From contig CAVZDU010000002.1 in NCBI GenBank assembly GCA_963774265.1, positions 704,001-768,000 on the forward strand: a stretch of DNA of 64,000 nt, in the 5' to 3' direction. Below are positions 30,135 to 40,027 of this stretch, one piece after another. Position 1 is the first letter of the stretch. The number at the start of each line of letters is the position of its first letter. Origin of the DNA: an uncultured Chloroflexia bacterium (GTDB lineage: Bacteria; Chloroflexota; Anaerolineae; CG2-30-64-16). Below the pieces are notes generated by a model, which had not been told where the DNA came from, did no database searches, and saw nothing but the letters and a program-made list of their open reading frames with translations. The translations under genes and the position numbers were made by a program.

Positions 30135-33100
30135 TCAGTTGAGGCCGAGCGCGGGGCCGACCTTGGGAACGCTGCCCGCGCCCGTGGTGGCCAGCTGGGT
30201 CCCGGCCTGGATGCCGAAGCCCCACAGGATGGCGGTGATGTAGTGGGTCAGGCTGCCGAAGGTGGGGTTCGCCAGGTAGAGCGCAGACAACCCGCTGATC
30301 GTCGCGATGAACAGCGCGATCCAGAAGACCAGGCGATCTCTCCCGCGGATCAGGTCGTCCCACTCCTGGCTGCTCTGCGGCTCCGCGCCGAACCACCCGG
30401 GCGCGGCCGCGATCGCATCAGTCCCCGCCACGCTGAGCGCGCCCGCCTCAACACCCGCACCCGGCGCCGGGGCCGCCGCGCTCGGGCCGCTGCCGGCATC
30501 ATGCGCGGCTGCGACCATGGATTCGAAGCCCGGCGCCTCCCCCTTGCGCGTGCCGGTGTAGATCTTGTCGAAGGCCCCCAACAGCTGCGCATACGCGCCC
30601 CGCGCACGGTGTATCCGCCGCTCAGCCTGCAGCAGCAACTCTTCATCACGATCGCCGGGGGCATTGAGCTTGCCCAGGAGGTCCTGGCTCTCCCCCAGGT
30701 TGGATTCGACAACCTTCAGCTGCTCCGGGATCCGCGCTTGCCATTCGTCCGAGTCGATCTTGAAGCCTGCGGGGGCAGGCTGTCCGCGCAAGGCGTGCAG
30801 GACCGCATACGCGGCGCTCAACCACTTGTGCTGTAGGCCGGCGAATTGCACCCTGGCCGTGCGGTAGGCAGCCTGCAGATCGCCGGGAGGGACGCCCTCC
30901 GGCAGGGTTTTCGCGATGTCCGCCACCCGCGCAGGGACATCAATCGGGCCCACCTGCGCCCCCCAGGGGATGTCGAGATCCGGCGCGGCGAGGAATGCGG
31001 GCTGCGTGGCCTGGCTCGCAAACGCGGCCATCTGGGTCTTCAAGACCGCGATCTGGACCCCCAGGAAGTCTTCCTGCGCGCTTTTGTAGAATTCCAGCGC
31101 GTCTTTGACATTCTCGCTCTTCCAGGCTGCCTCAGCCTTGTTTAGGCTATCACGAAGAGCGGGCTTCCGGGCGATCGCAGCCTCCCACTGGTCCGGCGCC
31201 ATACCCTCGGGGTGCCCCAGCGGACTGGCCAGCACGGCCAACTGTCGGATGCTCGCGGCCAGGAAAGCGTTGTTCGCGCGGTTCCACGATGCGAGCGCAG
31301 CGTCGATGGCCCCGCTCTTGAGATTCCCGCGGCCATCGTCCAGGTCGCGGTGCAATTCGGCGAGCAGGTCATCCACCCTCTGCGATTGCCCCTCCGGCGC
31401 CGCGGCCCGGCTGGCCTGCAGCTGGCCGGCGGCCCCCTGCAGCAGGTCGATCCGCAGCCGGACATACGCCTCTTTCAGCGCTCGCAGCCGGTCCATGAGC
31501 GCATCCCACTGGCTGGCATCGGCCGCAGCGCTTTCGATCTCCGCCGCCTTACGCTTCAGCTCGCTGGCCTCGGCGCGCACCCGGGGCCGGTCCGCACTTT
31601 GCTCGATGAGCGCCTGCAGCTCAGCCACCAGGTTCTGCGCGGGGAGCACGATCGCCTCCTCACGGATCGTCTTGACGAAGTTTTCGAGGCTCGTCACCGC
31701 GGTCGCCACCTGCTCCAGCGGGCCCTCGTTCTCCAGCATCCGCCTCAGGTTCTGCAACTGGTCGCCGATCTCCAGCCGCCGCTTGTCGGCCACCTGCTTC
31801 AAATCCGCCGGATAGGCGGGATACGCGAGGAGCACGCGCAAGGCCTGGTCATGGGCCAGGCGGGCCCGGCCGTAGTGCCCGTTCCGGCTCTGGATGTCTC
31901 GGAGCCGTGCCTGGCCATCCGTCAGCGCGAGCCTTTGATCCCGGAGCTCCTGATCCAGGGTCTTCAGGTTAGCGAGGAACACCCCCCAGGCGGCATCCGC
32001 ATCCCGCGCCCGGATCGCCTCGATGCTCTCCCGGGTCAGCGCGATGTCGCGTCCCAGCAGCGCCCGGCTGCGGCCCTCCCGGGTCCAGCCGTGCCAGAAA
32101 TAGGAGAGCAGCACGCCGAGAAGGATGGCCAGGAAGGCGTAGGCCCACCCGTGCTTCACCTGAATCTCGATATCCTGCGTCACACTTTGGCTGTCCGGGC
32201 CGGCGACGGTCACCTTGCCCTGGTATGTCCCGGCCTCCCCGATGCCGGTCAGGCGGTACACAAGTTGCAGGTCTCCGTTCACCACCAGGGTCGTCATCGG
32301 GGAGGCAGGGGTTGGCAGGGGCTCCAGGTCGCCGGCGTCATTCCGCTGCAGGATCTCCACCCGGTCTGCGACCGCGCTCACCTTCCGGTTGTCGGGGGTG
32401 TTGAGGACCAGGGATCCGGGGTCGGGATAGTAGATCGCCACCTGCTGCCCCTGGGCCTCGCGGATGTGGATGGGCACGCTGGCCGATGACGGCAGGACCC
32501 CCCAGTTGACCACGGCGGCCGTCCCGGGCTCGTCCACCTGGATGTTGCCGGCCGGGGCCTCCCGCGTGATGGTCAGCGGCACGTCAAGGCTCAGGCCCTC
32601 GTAGCCCAGCCGGAGGAAGGCCTTATAGGGGGACGGCTTGAAGCCTTCGCCCACGAGCGTGATGGTCCGGGACACGCCCGGCGCCAGGTCGAACCGTTCC
32701 GCACCGCACGGCGAGCACGCCAGCGTTTCCCCACGGAGCACCTGGCCGTCCTGGCGCGACAGGCCGGTCACCTCCACCGCGAGGCCGGTGATAGCCGGCT
32801 TGCCCGCGGGGACGCGCAAGGTGATTGCGGGCCGGAACGCAGGGCCGCGCACGTTGAGCGCCACATCGCCCGCGGGGCCGGCCTCCAACACCGCAAGGCG
32901 CCCGCTCACCGAACGCGTGATCGCGACCGAATAGGGCTGGACCTGGCCGTCAACGTTCAGCGTCAACCAGCCACGGTACGCGGTCACGTCGGGCAAGCGG
33001 CCTGTCAAGGTGATGGTGCGGTAGCCTCCCGCGAGCAGGGGGAACGGCCCGGCCGGCGCGACCGACAGGTCGCCCGCACCGCCGGGCGCGCCGTCCGTGC

Positions 33101-33722
33101 GCAGGAGCTGGCCCACTTCGACGGAAAGGTCCTGGATCCCGGCCTCCCCGGTCGTTTCCCGCAGCGTCAGGGGATATGAAAACGCCTCGGCTGAGCTCTC
33201 GAAGGAGAGCGTGCGATCGGCTTTCTCCTCGCGGATCTCAACCTTGCCGGGATGAACGAGCCCAAACTGCGCCAGCACCTCCTCGACGGGGGGAGCTGTG
33301 CCCGCCTCGCCCGCCGCGCCGGGGCTCCGGAGGACGATCATCCCCGTGAACACGCCGTGCGCGGACAGGCCGCCGACCGCCAGGCGGATGGGGCGCACCT
33401 CGCCCGCGGCCAGGTTGAAGGCGCCCAACGCGGCGTCGTCCGCGGTCCTGAAGGCCACCGTGGCCGTCGACACCGGCTGGTTCGCGGCATCGTGCAGGAA
33501 CGCGAGCAACTCCAGGTTCGTGAGCCCGGTGTTCTCCGGGTTGCGAAGATAGAGGGTATAGGCGGCCTCGACCGCATCGGACGGCATGGTGAATTGGATC
33601 GGTTGGGGCTCTGCCGTTAGCCGGTCCAGGGTGATGACAACTCCGGAGGCGAAGGCCGTGATGGGCCATGCCGCCAGCACGGCAAAAAGCAACGCAGCAA
33701 TGAGTCTATGACCACGTCTCAT
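30135..33722 (-). CDS. Large hypothetical membrane protein (~1195 aa)
   Basis: Signal peptide MRRGHRLIAALLFAVLAAWPITAFA, beta-rich ectodomain, TM GWAYAFLAILLGVLLSYFW, long helical region, C-terminal TM pair; GGAGG RBS. Confidence 0.8.
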   Translation of the reverse strand: MRRGHRLIAALLFAVLAAWPITAFASGVVITLDRLTAEPQPIQFTMPSDAVEAAYTLYLRNPENTGLTNLELLAFLHDAANQPVSTATVAFRTADDAALGAFNLAAGEVRPIRLAVGGLSAHGVFTGMIVLRSPGAAGEAGTAPPVEEVLAQFGLVHPGKVEIREEKADRTLSFESSAEAFSYPLTLRETTGEAGIQDLSVEVGQLLRTDGAPGGAGDLSVAPAGPFPLLAGGYRTITLTGRLPDVTAYRGWLTLNVDGQVQPYSVAITRSVSGRLAVLEAGPAGDVALNVRGPAFRPAITLRVPAGKPAITGLAVEVTGLSRQDGQVLRGETLACSPCGAERFDLAPGVSRTITLVGEGFKPSPYKAFLRLGYEGLSLDVPLTITREAPAGNIQVDEPGTAAVVNWGVLPSSASVPIHIREAQGQQVAIYYPDPGSLVLNTPDNRKVSAVADRVEILQRNDAGDLEPLPTPASPMTTLVVNGDLQLVYRLTGIGEAGTYQGKVTVAGPDSQSVTQDIEIQVKHGWAYAFLAILLGVLLSYFWHGWTREGRSRALLGRDIALTRESIEAIRARDADAAWGVFLANLKTLDQELRDQRLALTDGQARLRDIQSRNGHYGRARLAHDQALRVLLAYPAYPADLKQVADKRRLEIGDQLQNLRRMLENEGPLEQVATAVTSLENFVKTIREEAIVLPAQNLVAELQALIEQSADRPRVRAEASELKRKAAEIESAAADASQWDALMDRLRALKEAYVRLRIDLLQGAAGQLQASRAAAPEGQSQRVDDLLAELHRDLDDGRGNLKSGAIDAALASWNRANNAFLAASIRQLAVLASPLGHPEGMAPDQWEAAIARKPALRDSLNKAEAAWKSENVKDALEFYKSAQEDFLGVQIAVLKTQMAAFASQATQPAFLAAPDLDIPWGAQVGPIDVPARVADIAKTLPEGVPPGDLQAAYRTARVQFAGLQHKWLSAAYAVLHALRGQPAPAGFKIDSDEWQARIPEQLKVVESNLGESQDLLGKLNAPGDRDEELLLQAERRIHRARGAYAQLLGAFDKIYTGTRKGEAPGFESMVAAAHDAGSGPSAAAPAPGAGVEAGALSVAGTDAIAAAPGWFGAEPQSSQEWDDLIRGRDRLVFWIALFIATISGLSALYLANPTFGSLTHYITAILWGFGIQAGTQLATTGAGSVPKVGPALGLN

Positions 33723-33838
33723 GGCGCACCTCCGCTTTGCCTTTGTTCCAAAGCCTGCTGCAGACGAGGGGGACTGCCGTGATTGTAGCATCTTCCGGCC
33801 AAATGCAAAGTCCGCGCGCCGCCACGCGAGGCACGGCC

Positions 33839-34048
33839 TCACTCCCGGTCGGTCTCCGCGGGCTTGCCCGGCGCGCCGACCAGCCGCCGGAAGTCCTCCA
33901 CCCCCACCAGCACCGCCATGGCGTCCCCGTTGCGCATGATCAGGTAGCGCCGGCCGAAGTAGTGCGCGGTCTCGAGGATGCGCCGCAGGTCGACGCGCAG
34001 CTCGCTGATGTTCACCGGTTCCGGGGGGTTCATTTCGTCGATCGTCAT
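33839..34048 (-). CDS. Phd/YefM-family antitoxin-like DNA-binding protein with no adjacent toxin
   Basis: VNISELRVDLRRILE..YLIMRNGDAMAVLVGVEDF; ATGA-coupled to the upstream rep-like gene. Confidence 0.7.
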   Translation of the reverse strand: MTIDEMNPPEPVNISELRVDLRRILETAHYFGRRYLIMRNGDAMAVLVGVEDFRRLVGAPGKPAETDRE

Positions 34049-35415
34049 GCCTGCCCTCCACCCGCCTCAAAACGCACGTCCAGGTCGCCCTGCCCCGTGA
34101 GCGCGACCAGGGTGGCCAGGACCTTCGGCTTCAGGCGCGCGGTCAACCACTCGGCCGCGCCGCGGTCCCGCACCTGCACCATCAGCGTCCGCCCCGCGCC
34201 GTTCACCCCGCTGCAGCAGCTCCCGGCCAGCCAGTTGTCGAAGGTGCTCCCCGGCAGTTGCAGGCGCAGGTGGGTCAGCGCCACGTCCCACAGCTCCCGG
34301 TGGCAGCAGGCCCGGCCCCCGCTCACGATCCACGGTCGCGCCTCCGGTTCGCGCGGCTCGCCGTCGCATGGCTCACCAGCGTGCGGCTCGCCGTCGCGCG
34401 GCTCGCCGTCGCGCAGCTCGCCGCCTGCCCGCGCGACCGGCCGAGCCCGAGGGGGAGGAGCGTCGTGGGCTTCGAGTGTCGCGGCGTCATCCGGTTCGCC
34501 CTGCTCACCATAATGGGGCTCATCGTCGCGCGGCTCGCCATCGCATGACTCGCGGCCGGTCGGCTCGCCGCCGGCCCCTCCCGCGCCCGCGGCCAGCACT
34601 TGCTCGGCCTCTCGCACGGCCCACGCGGGCGGGACCACCCCGTCCCGAAGCCGCGCCACCCAGCGGCCCCGCGCACGCTCCCCGCTGATGCGGCCGAGGC
34701 GCACGTCCGGGTCCGCCTCGATGGTCCGCAGAAGCGCCAGGCTGTGGGCCTGCGCCTCGGCCAGGGCCATCCGGCTCAACAGGTCCTGGGCCAGGCCCGC
34801 GGCCACGGGCGGGAACGCGCCATGGCCGGCCAGGAACGCGGCCAGGACCGCGGCGTCGCCCTCACCCTGCGGCGGACCTGCCGCGGCCTCACCCGGCGCG
34901 CACCGTTTGACCGGCAACACGTTTGGGGGGAACTGGTCTCCCGGGGGAGGAGGAGGATGATAATCAAGCTCAATCGCGTTAACCTCCTCCTCCTTTAAGG
35001 GCGCATTTCGGGTGAAATCGATCTCACCGGAAACTGGTTTCCCCTCCATGGCCGGCTGAGGCGCCAGCCAGCGCGCGGCGCCCCTTTCGCCGCCCTCGGT
35101 CATCAGCAGCCCGGCCTCGCTCAGCTCGACCCGCAGGTTGCGGATCTGCCGCACGCCCAGCCCGCCCATCCACACGGCCAGCTCCCGGTCGGTGAGGTCG
35201 CAGCGGCCGTCCTGCCACGCGTACGCGCGAATGACCGACCACAGGTGGCCGGCCGCGGGCGACACGCGGCCCTCCCGCACCGCGATCAGCGGCGCCAGGT
35301 GGCCCGCGTAGTAGCCCTTGGGCGGCAGGGTCGCGGTGGCGACCCGGGGTCTGCGGCCGCGCGGCACGGGGTGCTCCTCTCCTTTGGCCCTGGCGCTCCT
35401 GGCCTTCAAGCTCAC
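34045..35415 (-). CDS. Phage/ICE-type replication initiator: N-terminal wHTH and C-terminal DnaA domain I-like region
   Basis: LTDRELAVWMGGLGVRQIRNLRVELSEAGLL HTH; LWDVALTHLRLQLPGSTFDNWL..LMVQV..AAEWL. Confidence 0.7.
   Translation of the reverse strand: MSLKARSARAKGEEHPVPRGRRPRVATATLPPKGYYAGHLAPLIAVREGRVSPAAGHLWSVIRAYAWQDGRCDLTDRELAVWMGGLGVRQIRNLRVELSEAGLLMTEGGERGAARWLAPQPAMEGKPVSGEIDFTRNAPLKEEEVNAIELDYHPPPPPGDQFPPNVLPVKRCAPGEAAAGPPQGEGDAAVLAAFLAGHGAFPPVAAGLAQDLLSRMALAEAQAHSLALLRTIEADPDVRLGRISGERARGRWVARLRDGVVPPAWAVREAEQVLAAGAGGAGGEPTGRESCDGEPRDDEPHYGEQGEPDDAATLEAHDAPPPRARPVARAGGELRDGEPRDGEPHAGEPCDGEPREPEARPWIVSGGRACCHRELWDVALTHLRLQLPGSTFDNWLAGSCCSGVNGAGRTLMVQVRDRGAAEWLTARLKPKVLATLVALTGQGDLDVRFEAGGGQA
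34343..34570. repeat. Degenerate 15-bp tandem repeats encoding GEPxD in the rep-like gene
   Basis: Units such as CGCGCGGCTCGCCGT in two blocks (about 34343-34402 and 34490-34570). Confidence 0.7.
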
Positions 35416-35591
35416 ATCAATCGGCGCTCGGCCGAACGGCTATGCGTGAGCCAGGCTTTGTGCGGCCCGCCTGCGGCCGGTAGCGTCACGCCCACCCAAA
35501 ACAGCGGCCGGCCCGTGAGGGTCAGCACTCGCTGGGGCATGTGCGCCACACGGCCGCGCGTCGGACCGCGCATCTGCGCCTTTGCGGTCGA

Positions 35592-35816
35592 TCATCCCTT
35601 GCACGCAACGGAACTTCGCAGTCGATCCTTCCAGGCCGCGTAGCCGCGCGGGGGTTTGCCCACGGTGAACAGCGAGCGCCGCTCCTTGACCTCCGCCAGC
35701 TTGGGGCCGATCGCGATGATGTCCTCCGCGGTGCGCCGCATCAGCGCCCTGATCTCGCCGGTGCGCTGCCGAACCTCGGTGCTGGTTGCCCCATCCAGTG
35801 CGTCGTAGTCAAACAA
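35592..35816 (-). CDS. DUF3102-like phage protein (short or truncated)
   Basis: FDYDALD..EIRALMRRTAEDIIAIGPKLAEVKE; GGAGG RBS before TTG. Confidence 0.55.
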   Translation of the reverse strand: MFDYDALDGATSTEVRQRTGEIRALMRRTAEDIIAIGPKLAEVKERRSLFTVGKPPRGYAAWKDRLRSSVACKG

Positions 35817-36022
35817 GGCGATCCCTCCCTTCATCGTTCCCATGCGCTGTGACGCGGCGCCGACTTCATGGTATGATGGCCCTTACCTGGTTCGGTCGTC
35901 CGGCCAGGCAGACGGCGCGCGGGTCGTCGTACTAAAGCCCGTACGATGCGTACGATTTGTCAGACGAACGACCTCCAAAAAAAGCCGTCGCTACGGCACG
36001 CCAGTACGAACAACTGTTCAGT

Positions 36023-36051
36023 AGTATACATGACCTATTGCCCGGTGTCAA
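36023..36051 (-). promoter_or_regulatory. Leftward promoter for the DUF3102/rep operon
   Basis: Minus strand TTGACA-17 nt-TATACT. Confidence 0.7.
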
Positions 36052-36142
36052 ATCTGACCAGACGTTCTAAACGTAAAAACAACATCCGAGATGCAGAGTT
36101 GACCATCCTAAAGGGATGTTCCCGGCGGAGGAGGTGACGCCC

Positions 36143-36508
36143 ATGTCTCAGTCGAAGTCCCTGCTGGCCGAATGGTTGATCCAGGCCTGCGAGGCGCGTA
36201 ACCTTTCCTGGGCCGAGGCCTCCCGGCGCGCGGGCTTGAGCCAGGGCGCCATCTCGGCCATCGTGCGCGGGGTGCAGCCGGGCCTGGAGATCTGCAAGGC
36301 GCTCGCCGCGTTCTTTGGCGTGCCGCCGGAGGAGGTGCTGCGCATGGCCGGCCACCTGGCGCCCGCGCGCGGCGAGGCATGGCCCCCCGAGTTGGTGGCC
36401 CTGGTGCAGGAAGTGGAACGACTACCCCCGCCGCTGCAACGCGCGGCGATCAAGGCCTGGCGCGCCGTGCTGGAGGGGATTGCCACAGGACGGAGTGCCG
36501 GCTCATAA
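36143..36508 (+). CDS. XRE/CI-like HTH repressor
   Basis: LSWAEASRRAGLSQGAISAIVRG..CKALAAFFGV; GGAGG RBS; divergent from the rep operon. Confidence 0.88.
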   Translation: MSQSKSLLAEWLIQACEARNLSWAEASRRAGLSQGAISAIVRGVQPGLEICKALAAFFGVPPEEVLRMAGHLAPARGEAWPPELVALVQEVERLPPPLQRAAIKAWRAVLEGIATGRSAGS

Positions 36509-36528
36509 GGAAAGGATTCAGGATACCA

Positions 36529-37878
36529 ATGGCTACAACACGCTGCATCGCACCCAATGCCTTGGGGATCGTGGGCTTATGCGCCCTGCTTCTGAGCCTC
36601 GCGGGTTGCAGGCCAGGCCAGGCGCCCGGGCCTGCCCTAACGCCGGTTTCACCAGGGGCCGCACCCGCGCCGCAACCGACACTCTCCCTGGATCAAACAT
36701 CCGCGAATGACTTCGTGATCTCGGATTTCGAAGCGGTGCATGCTCCGGTCGACGGCGATGCGAACAAGTATCTCATCTACGGCAATATCCCGGTTGCAAA
36801 GCCGGCGGCGGATCTTCCCCCCGAGTTGGCAGTCTTACTCGGCAGATGGGAGGGGTATGGCGACTCCCCCTCGGTCAAGAAAGATCAGAAAATCGTGATG
36901 GTCATTCAGGAGATCACGGCGCAGGGGGGCAAGGCGGTCGGCTGGTCGGCGCCAATCTCCAGTATCCCGCCTAGGTCCGGGAACTCCACTTCAGGGTCGT
37001 TTCGACTGAGCCCCCTGCCATTGAGTGGCAGTACAATTCACCTGATTTTGGCCCGCAAGTCACCACATTCACTTATGACCGCGAAAATGATCTTCTCCGG
37101 GGTTGGGTCAAAGCTCACGGCGACACAACTACACCGCCGGCCCCCAGGAGCTCCGTCGAGGCGCAATCTTTCTACGTCTACAAGGACTATGCCCGTTATT
37201 TGGCCGGCAAACGCATCTACGCCAAGACCTATCGAACAGCGAGCTGCAACACTACGGTGCGGGGTATCTGCTCTACCTCCCCGAAGGTTATGAAGATCAG
37301 CCAGAGAAAACCTGGCCGCTGATCTTGTTTCCTGCACGGTTACGGCGACCGGGGAGACAATGTGTTCCTGCTGGCAAAAGCCAGTCCCTTCATGTCTATC
37401 CGCGAAAAAGGACCCTTGCCGTTCGTCATCGCCGCGCCCCTGTTGAGCGCCTCGTCCGATTATTCGTCCTTTCCCGAAGCCTACCTGGATGGCGTGCTGG
37501 CAGAAATCCAGGCCGATTACCGGGTGGATGCGAAACGGATCTACGTGACCGGGCTGAGCATGGGCGGCGAGGCCACCTATCGCTTTGCCGTGCACCACCC
37601 GGAAACGTTCGCCGCGATCGCGCCCCTGTCTGCATATCGTCGATCCTGAGGCCTTATCCATGATCGAGCGCATCAAGGATCTGCCGGTGTGGGCGATCCA
37701 TGGCGCCGACGATACCGTCATCCCCGTAGCCAAGGGCCAAGAACCGGTGGATGCCTTGAAAGAAGCAGGCGGAAACGTCCGCTTTACCGTTCTGGCGGGC
37801 CACGATCACGACATCTGGACGGATACGTACTCGGACCCGGCGTTCTATGATTGGCTCCTACAGCACCAGAGACCGTAA
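36529..37878 (+). CDS. Lipoprotein with C-terminal phospholipase/carboxylesterase (predicted peptidase) domain, frameshifted
   Basis: Lipobox LAGC; YLLYLPEGY..WPLILF, RIYVTGLSMGG nucleophile motif, PVWAIHGADDTV, GHDH across several frames. Confidence 0.8.
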
Positions 37879-37932
37879 AGGATAGGCCCGCTACATCACA
37901 GCGGTGCTACCTGGCGGGCATCCATCGAATCA

Positions 37933-38280
37933 TCATTCAGGCGAATACTCATTGGCCAGGATCTCCGCTATCTGTGCGTGCAAGACAAGCACATCTTCAG
38001 TTGCGGTTACCCAGACGATGGGCCAGCTCACCGAAAAATAGGCGTGAACAGCCAGATTGCGAAACCCTACGATGTCGGCCCATGCAATCTGCGGATGCGC
38101 GTCTTGAAAATCGCGAGGCAGTCTTGACGCGGCTTCGCCGATGATGATCAACTGGTGCATCACGGCACTCTGACGGACCTCGTCGTCGATCCACTCGTCT
38201 TCGCTCACGCCTGCAAGAAAACGGTCGATCGCATTCGCTGCCTCGACGATGTCCCTGAGGTAAAGCTCTTCATCTCGCAT
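37933..38280 (-). CDS. HepT-like HEPN (DUF86) toxin
   Basis: YLRDIVEA, IIGEAASRL, WADIVGFRNLAVHAYF (Rx4H). Confidence 0.92.
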   Translation of the reverse strand: MRDEELYLRDIVEAANAIDRFLAGVSEDEWIDDEVRQSAVMHQLIIIGEAASRLPRDFQDAHPQIAWADIVGFRNLAVHAYFSVSWPIVWVTATEDVLVLHAQIAEILANEYSPE

Positions 38281-38572
38281 AGATGACCTCGGTGCTGTTC
38301 AGCACCTCTTGGCGGATTAGAGGCTTGAGTCCATCCTTGGGCACCAGGTCTACCGGGCGTTCCAGTAGCGCAGTCAGCTCGCGCTGCATCCGGCCCAGCG
38401 CCATGAATCCGATCCTCGCCTCAGGCTCGAACTCCACCAATAGATCGATATCGCTTTCCGGCCGGAAGTCGGCGCGCAAAACGGAGCCAAACAACGCCAG
38501 TGACTTCACTTGATTGCGACGACAGAAGTCGGTGATCTTCGCTTGCGGGATCGAGATTCGTGCTCGGCTCAT
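38270..38572 (-). CDS. MNT nucleotidyltransferase antitoxin
   Basis: LFGSVLRADFRPESDIDLLVEF, PVDLV; overlaps the toxin start. Confidence 0.92.
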   Translation of the reverse strand: MSRARISIPQAKITDFCRRNQVKSLALFGSVLRADFRPESDIDLLVEFEPEARIGFMALGRMQRELTALLERPVDLVPKDGLKPLIRQEVLNSTEVIYAR

Positions 38573-38658
38573 GCTGTTAACTCATCTCTTTCGGAAAGCA
38601 TTATATCACGATCTGAGCGGCGGCAGATTCAATTCGCCCAGGACGCGCGTCACCTCGT

Positions 38659-38717
38659 CCAGGTCAGCAGGACGCTCCAATAGCGCGGTCATCTCGCGCC
38701 GCATGCGGCCCAGCGCC
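38659..38717 (-). pseudogene. Diverged 59-nt partial copy of an MNT gene
   Basis: ALGRMRREMTALLERPADL versus ALGRMQRELTALLERPVDL at 38344-38402. Confidence 0.7.
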
Positions 38718-38718
38718 C

Positions 38719-39276
38719 TCAGATTAGCCCCAGGAGGTTCTGCGCGGCGTCCGCGACTTGCGCAGCGGGGTTGTCCGCGCCGAACAGGCGCACGGCCATG
38801 AACGCACCATCCATCAGCAGGAGGAGTTGGTCGGCGAGCTTTGCCGGCTCGGCGCAGCCTGCCGCCTCTGCCAACTCGCGGAAGCGACCTCGCACCGCGT
38901 TCTTGTGCGCCAGCGCGGCCTGATGGCCGGGGTGCGCCGGGTCGGGGAAGTCCACTGCGGCGTTCAGGAACGGGCAGCCGTGGCAGGCAGGTTGCGCGAC
39001 CAATCCTTCCAGCGCCCGAAAGAATGCTGTGATCTTATCACGCGGCGCGGCTGCCTCGGCGGTGGCGCCCTCGAACCAGCGCCAGAACGCTCGATCACTC
39101 TCCGCCAGGTAGGCCGCGATCAGGTCGTCCTTGCCGGGAAAATGGCGGTAGAGGGTCATCTTGCCCACACCAGACGCTGTGCATAGGGTGTCCACCCCGA
39201 CGGCGCGGAAACCGTCGCGGTAGAAGAGCTCGGCTGCGGTGTCCAGCAGCCGTTGACGCGGTGCGCTTTCAGCCAT
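38719..39276 (-). CDS. TetR/AcrR family regulator
   Basis: RLLDTAAELFYRDGFRAVGVD..GVGKMTLYRHFPGKDDL; GCPFLN. Confidence 0.95.
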   Translation of the reverse strand: MAESAPRQRLLDTAAELFYRDGFRAVGVDTLCTASGVGKMTLYRHFPGKDDLIAAYLAESDRAFWRWFEGATAEAAAPRDKITAFFRALEGLVAQPACHGCPFLNAAVDFPDPAHPGHQAALAHKNAVRGRFRELAEAAGCAEPAKLADQLLLLMDGAFMAVRLFGADNPAAQVADAAQNLLGLI

Positions 39277-39287
39277 CAGTCTCTCGC

Positions 39288-39341
39288 TTGACAGGATACA
39301 GACCTATTTTGTATAATACTTGTACGATACAAGTCTGTATC
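39288..39341 (+). promoter_or_regulatory. Promoter with likely TetR operator
   Basis: TTGACA-18 nt-TATAAT overlapped by the inverted repeat GATACAGAC...GTCTGTATC. Confidence 0.7.
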
Positions 39342-39386
39342 AATTCTACTGCAACTCGCAGGGTTTTACCAGAAAGAGAGAGGCAC

Positions 39387-40025
39387 ATGAAAATCGGGAT
39401 CATCGGTTCGGGCACGGTGGGGCAGACGTTGGCGACGAAGTTGGCGGAGCAGGGGCAGGACGTGATGGTAGGCACGCGCAGTCCGGAGAAGGCGGCTGCG
39501 TGGGCGGTGGGCGCGGGGGTCAAGGTCGGCTCCTTAAGCGAGACGGCCGCGCACGGCGAGCTCGTGATCAACGCAACCAAGGGCGAGGCGTCGGTGGAGG
39601 CGCTTCAGGCCGCGGGCGAGGCCAACCTGGCCGGCAAGATCCTGGTGGACATCGCCAACCCGCTGGACTTCTCGCGCGGGATGCCGCCGACCCTGTGGGT
39701 CTCCAACACCGACTCGCTCGGCGAGCAGATTCAACGGGCCTTCCCGCGGGCGCAGGTCGTCAAGACCCTCAACACCCTCAACGCGGGGCTGATGGCCAAC
39801 CCCGGCGGACTGGCCGGCGGCGACCACACGATCTTCGTCAGCGGGAACGACGCCGCGGCGAAGGCTGAGGCCAGCCGACTGTTGGCCAAGTGGTTTGGCT
39901 GGCGCGACATCATCGACTTGGGCGACATCACCACGGCGCGCGGCACCGAGTCGCTGCTGCCGGTCTGGGTCCGCCTGATGATGGTGTTTGGCCACGCCAA
40001 CTTCCAGTTCAAGATCGTGAGGTAA
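39387..40025 (+). CDS. NADPH-dependent F420 reductase / NADP oxidoreductase family
   Basis: MKIGIIGSGTVG, GKILVDIANPLDF, SLGEQIQ, VVKTLNT. Confidence 0.9.
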   Translation: MKIGIIGSGTVGQTLATKLAEQGQDVMVGTRSPEKAAAWAVGAGVKVGSLSETAAHGELVINATKGEASVEALQAAGEANLAGKILVDIANPLDFSRGMPPTLWVSNTDSLGEQIQRAFPRAQVVKTLNTLNAGLMANPGGLAGGDHTIFVSGNDAAAKAEASRLLAKWFGWRDIIDLGDITTARGTESLLPVWVRLMMVFGHANFQFKIVR

Positions 40026-40027
40026 GC

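Noticed and set aside
33723-34070. N-terminal extension of the 1311-aa ORF
   Set aside because: Overlaps the Phd-like gene; a GGAGG RBS and signal peptide support the start at 33722.
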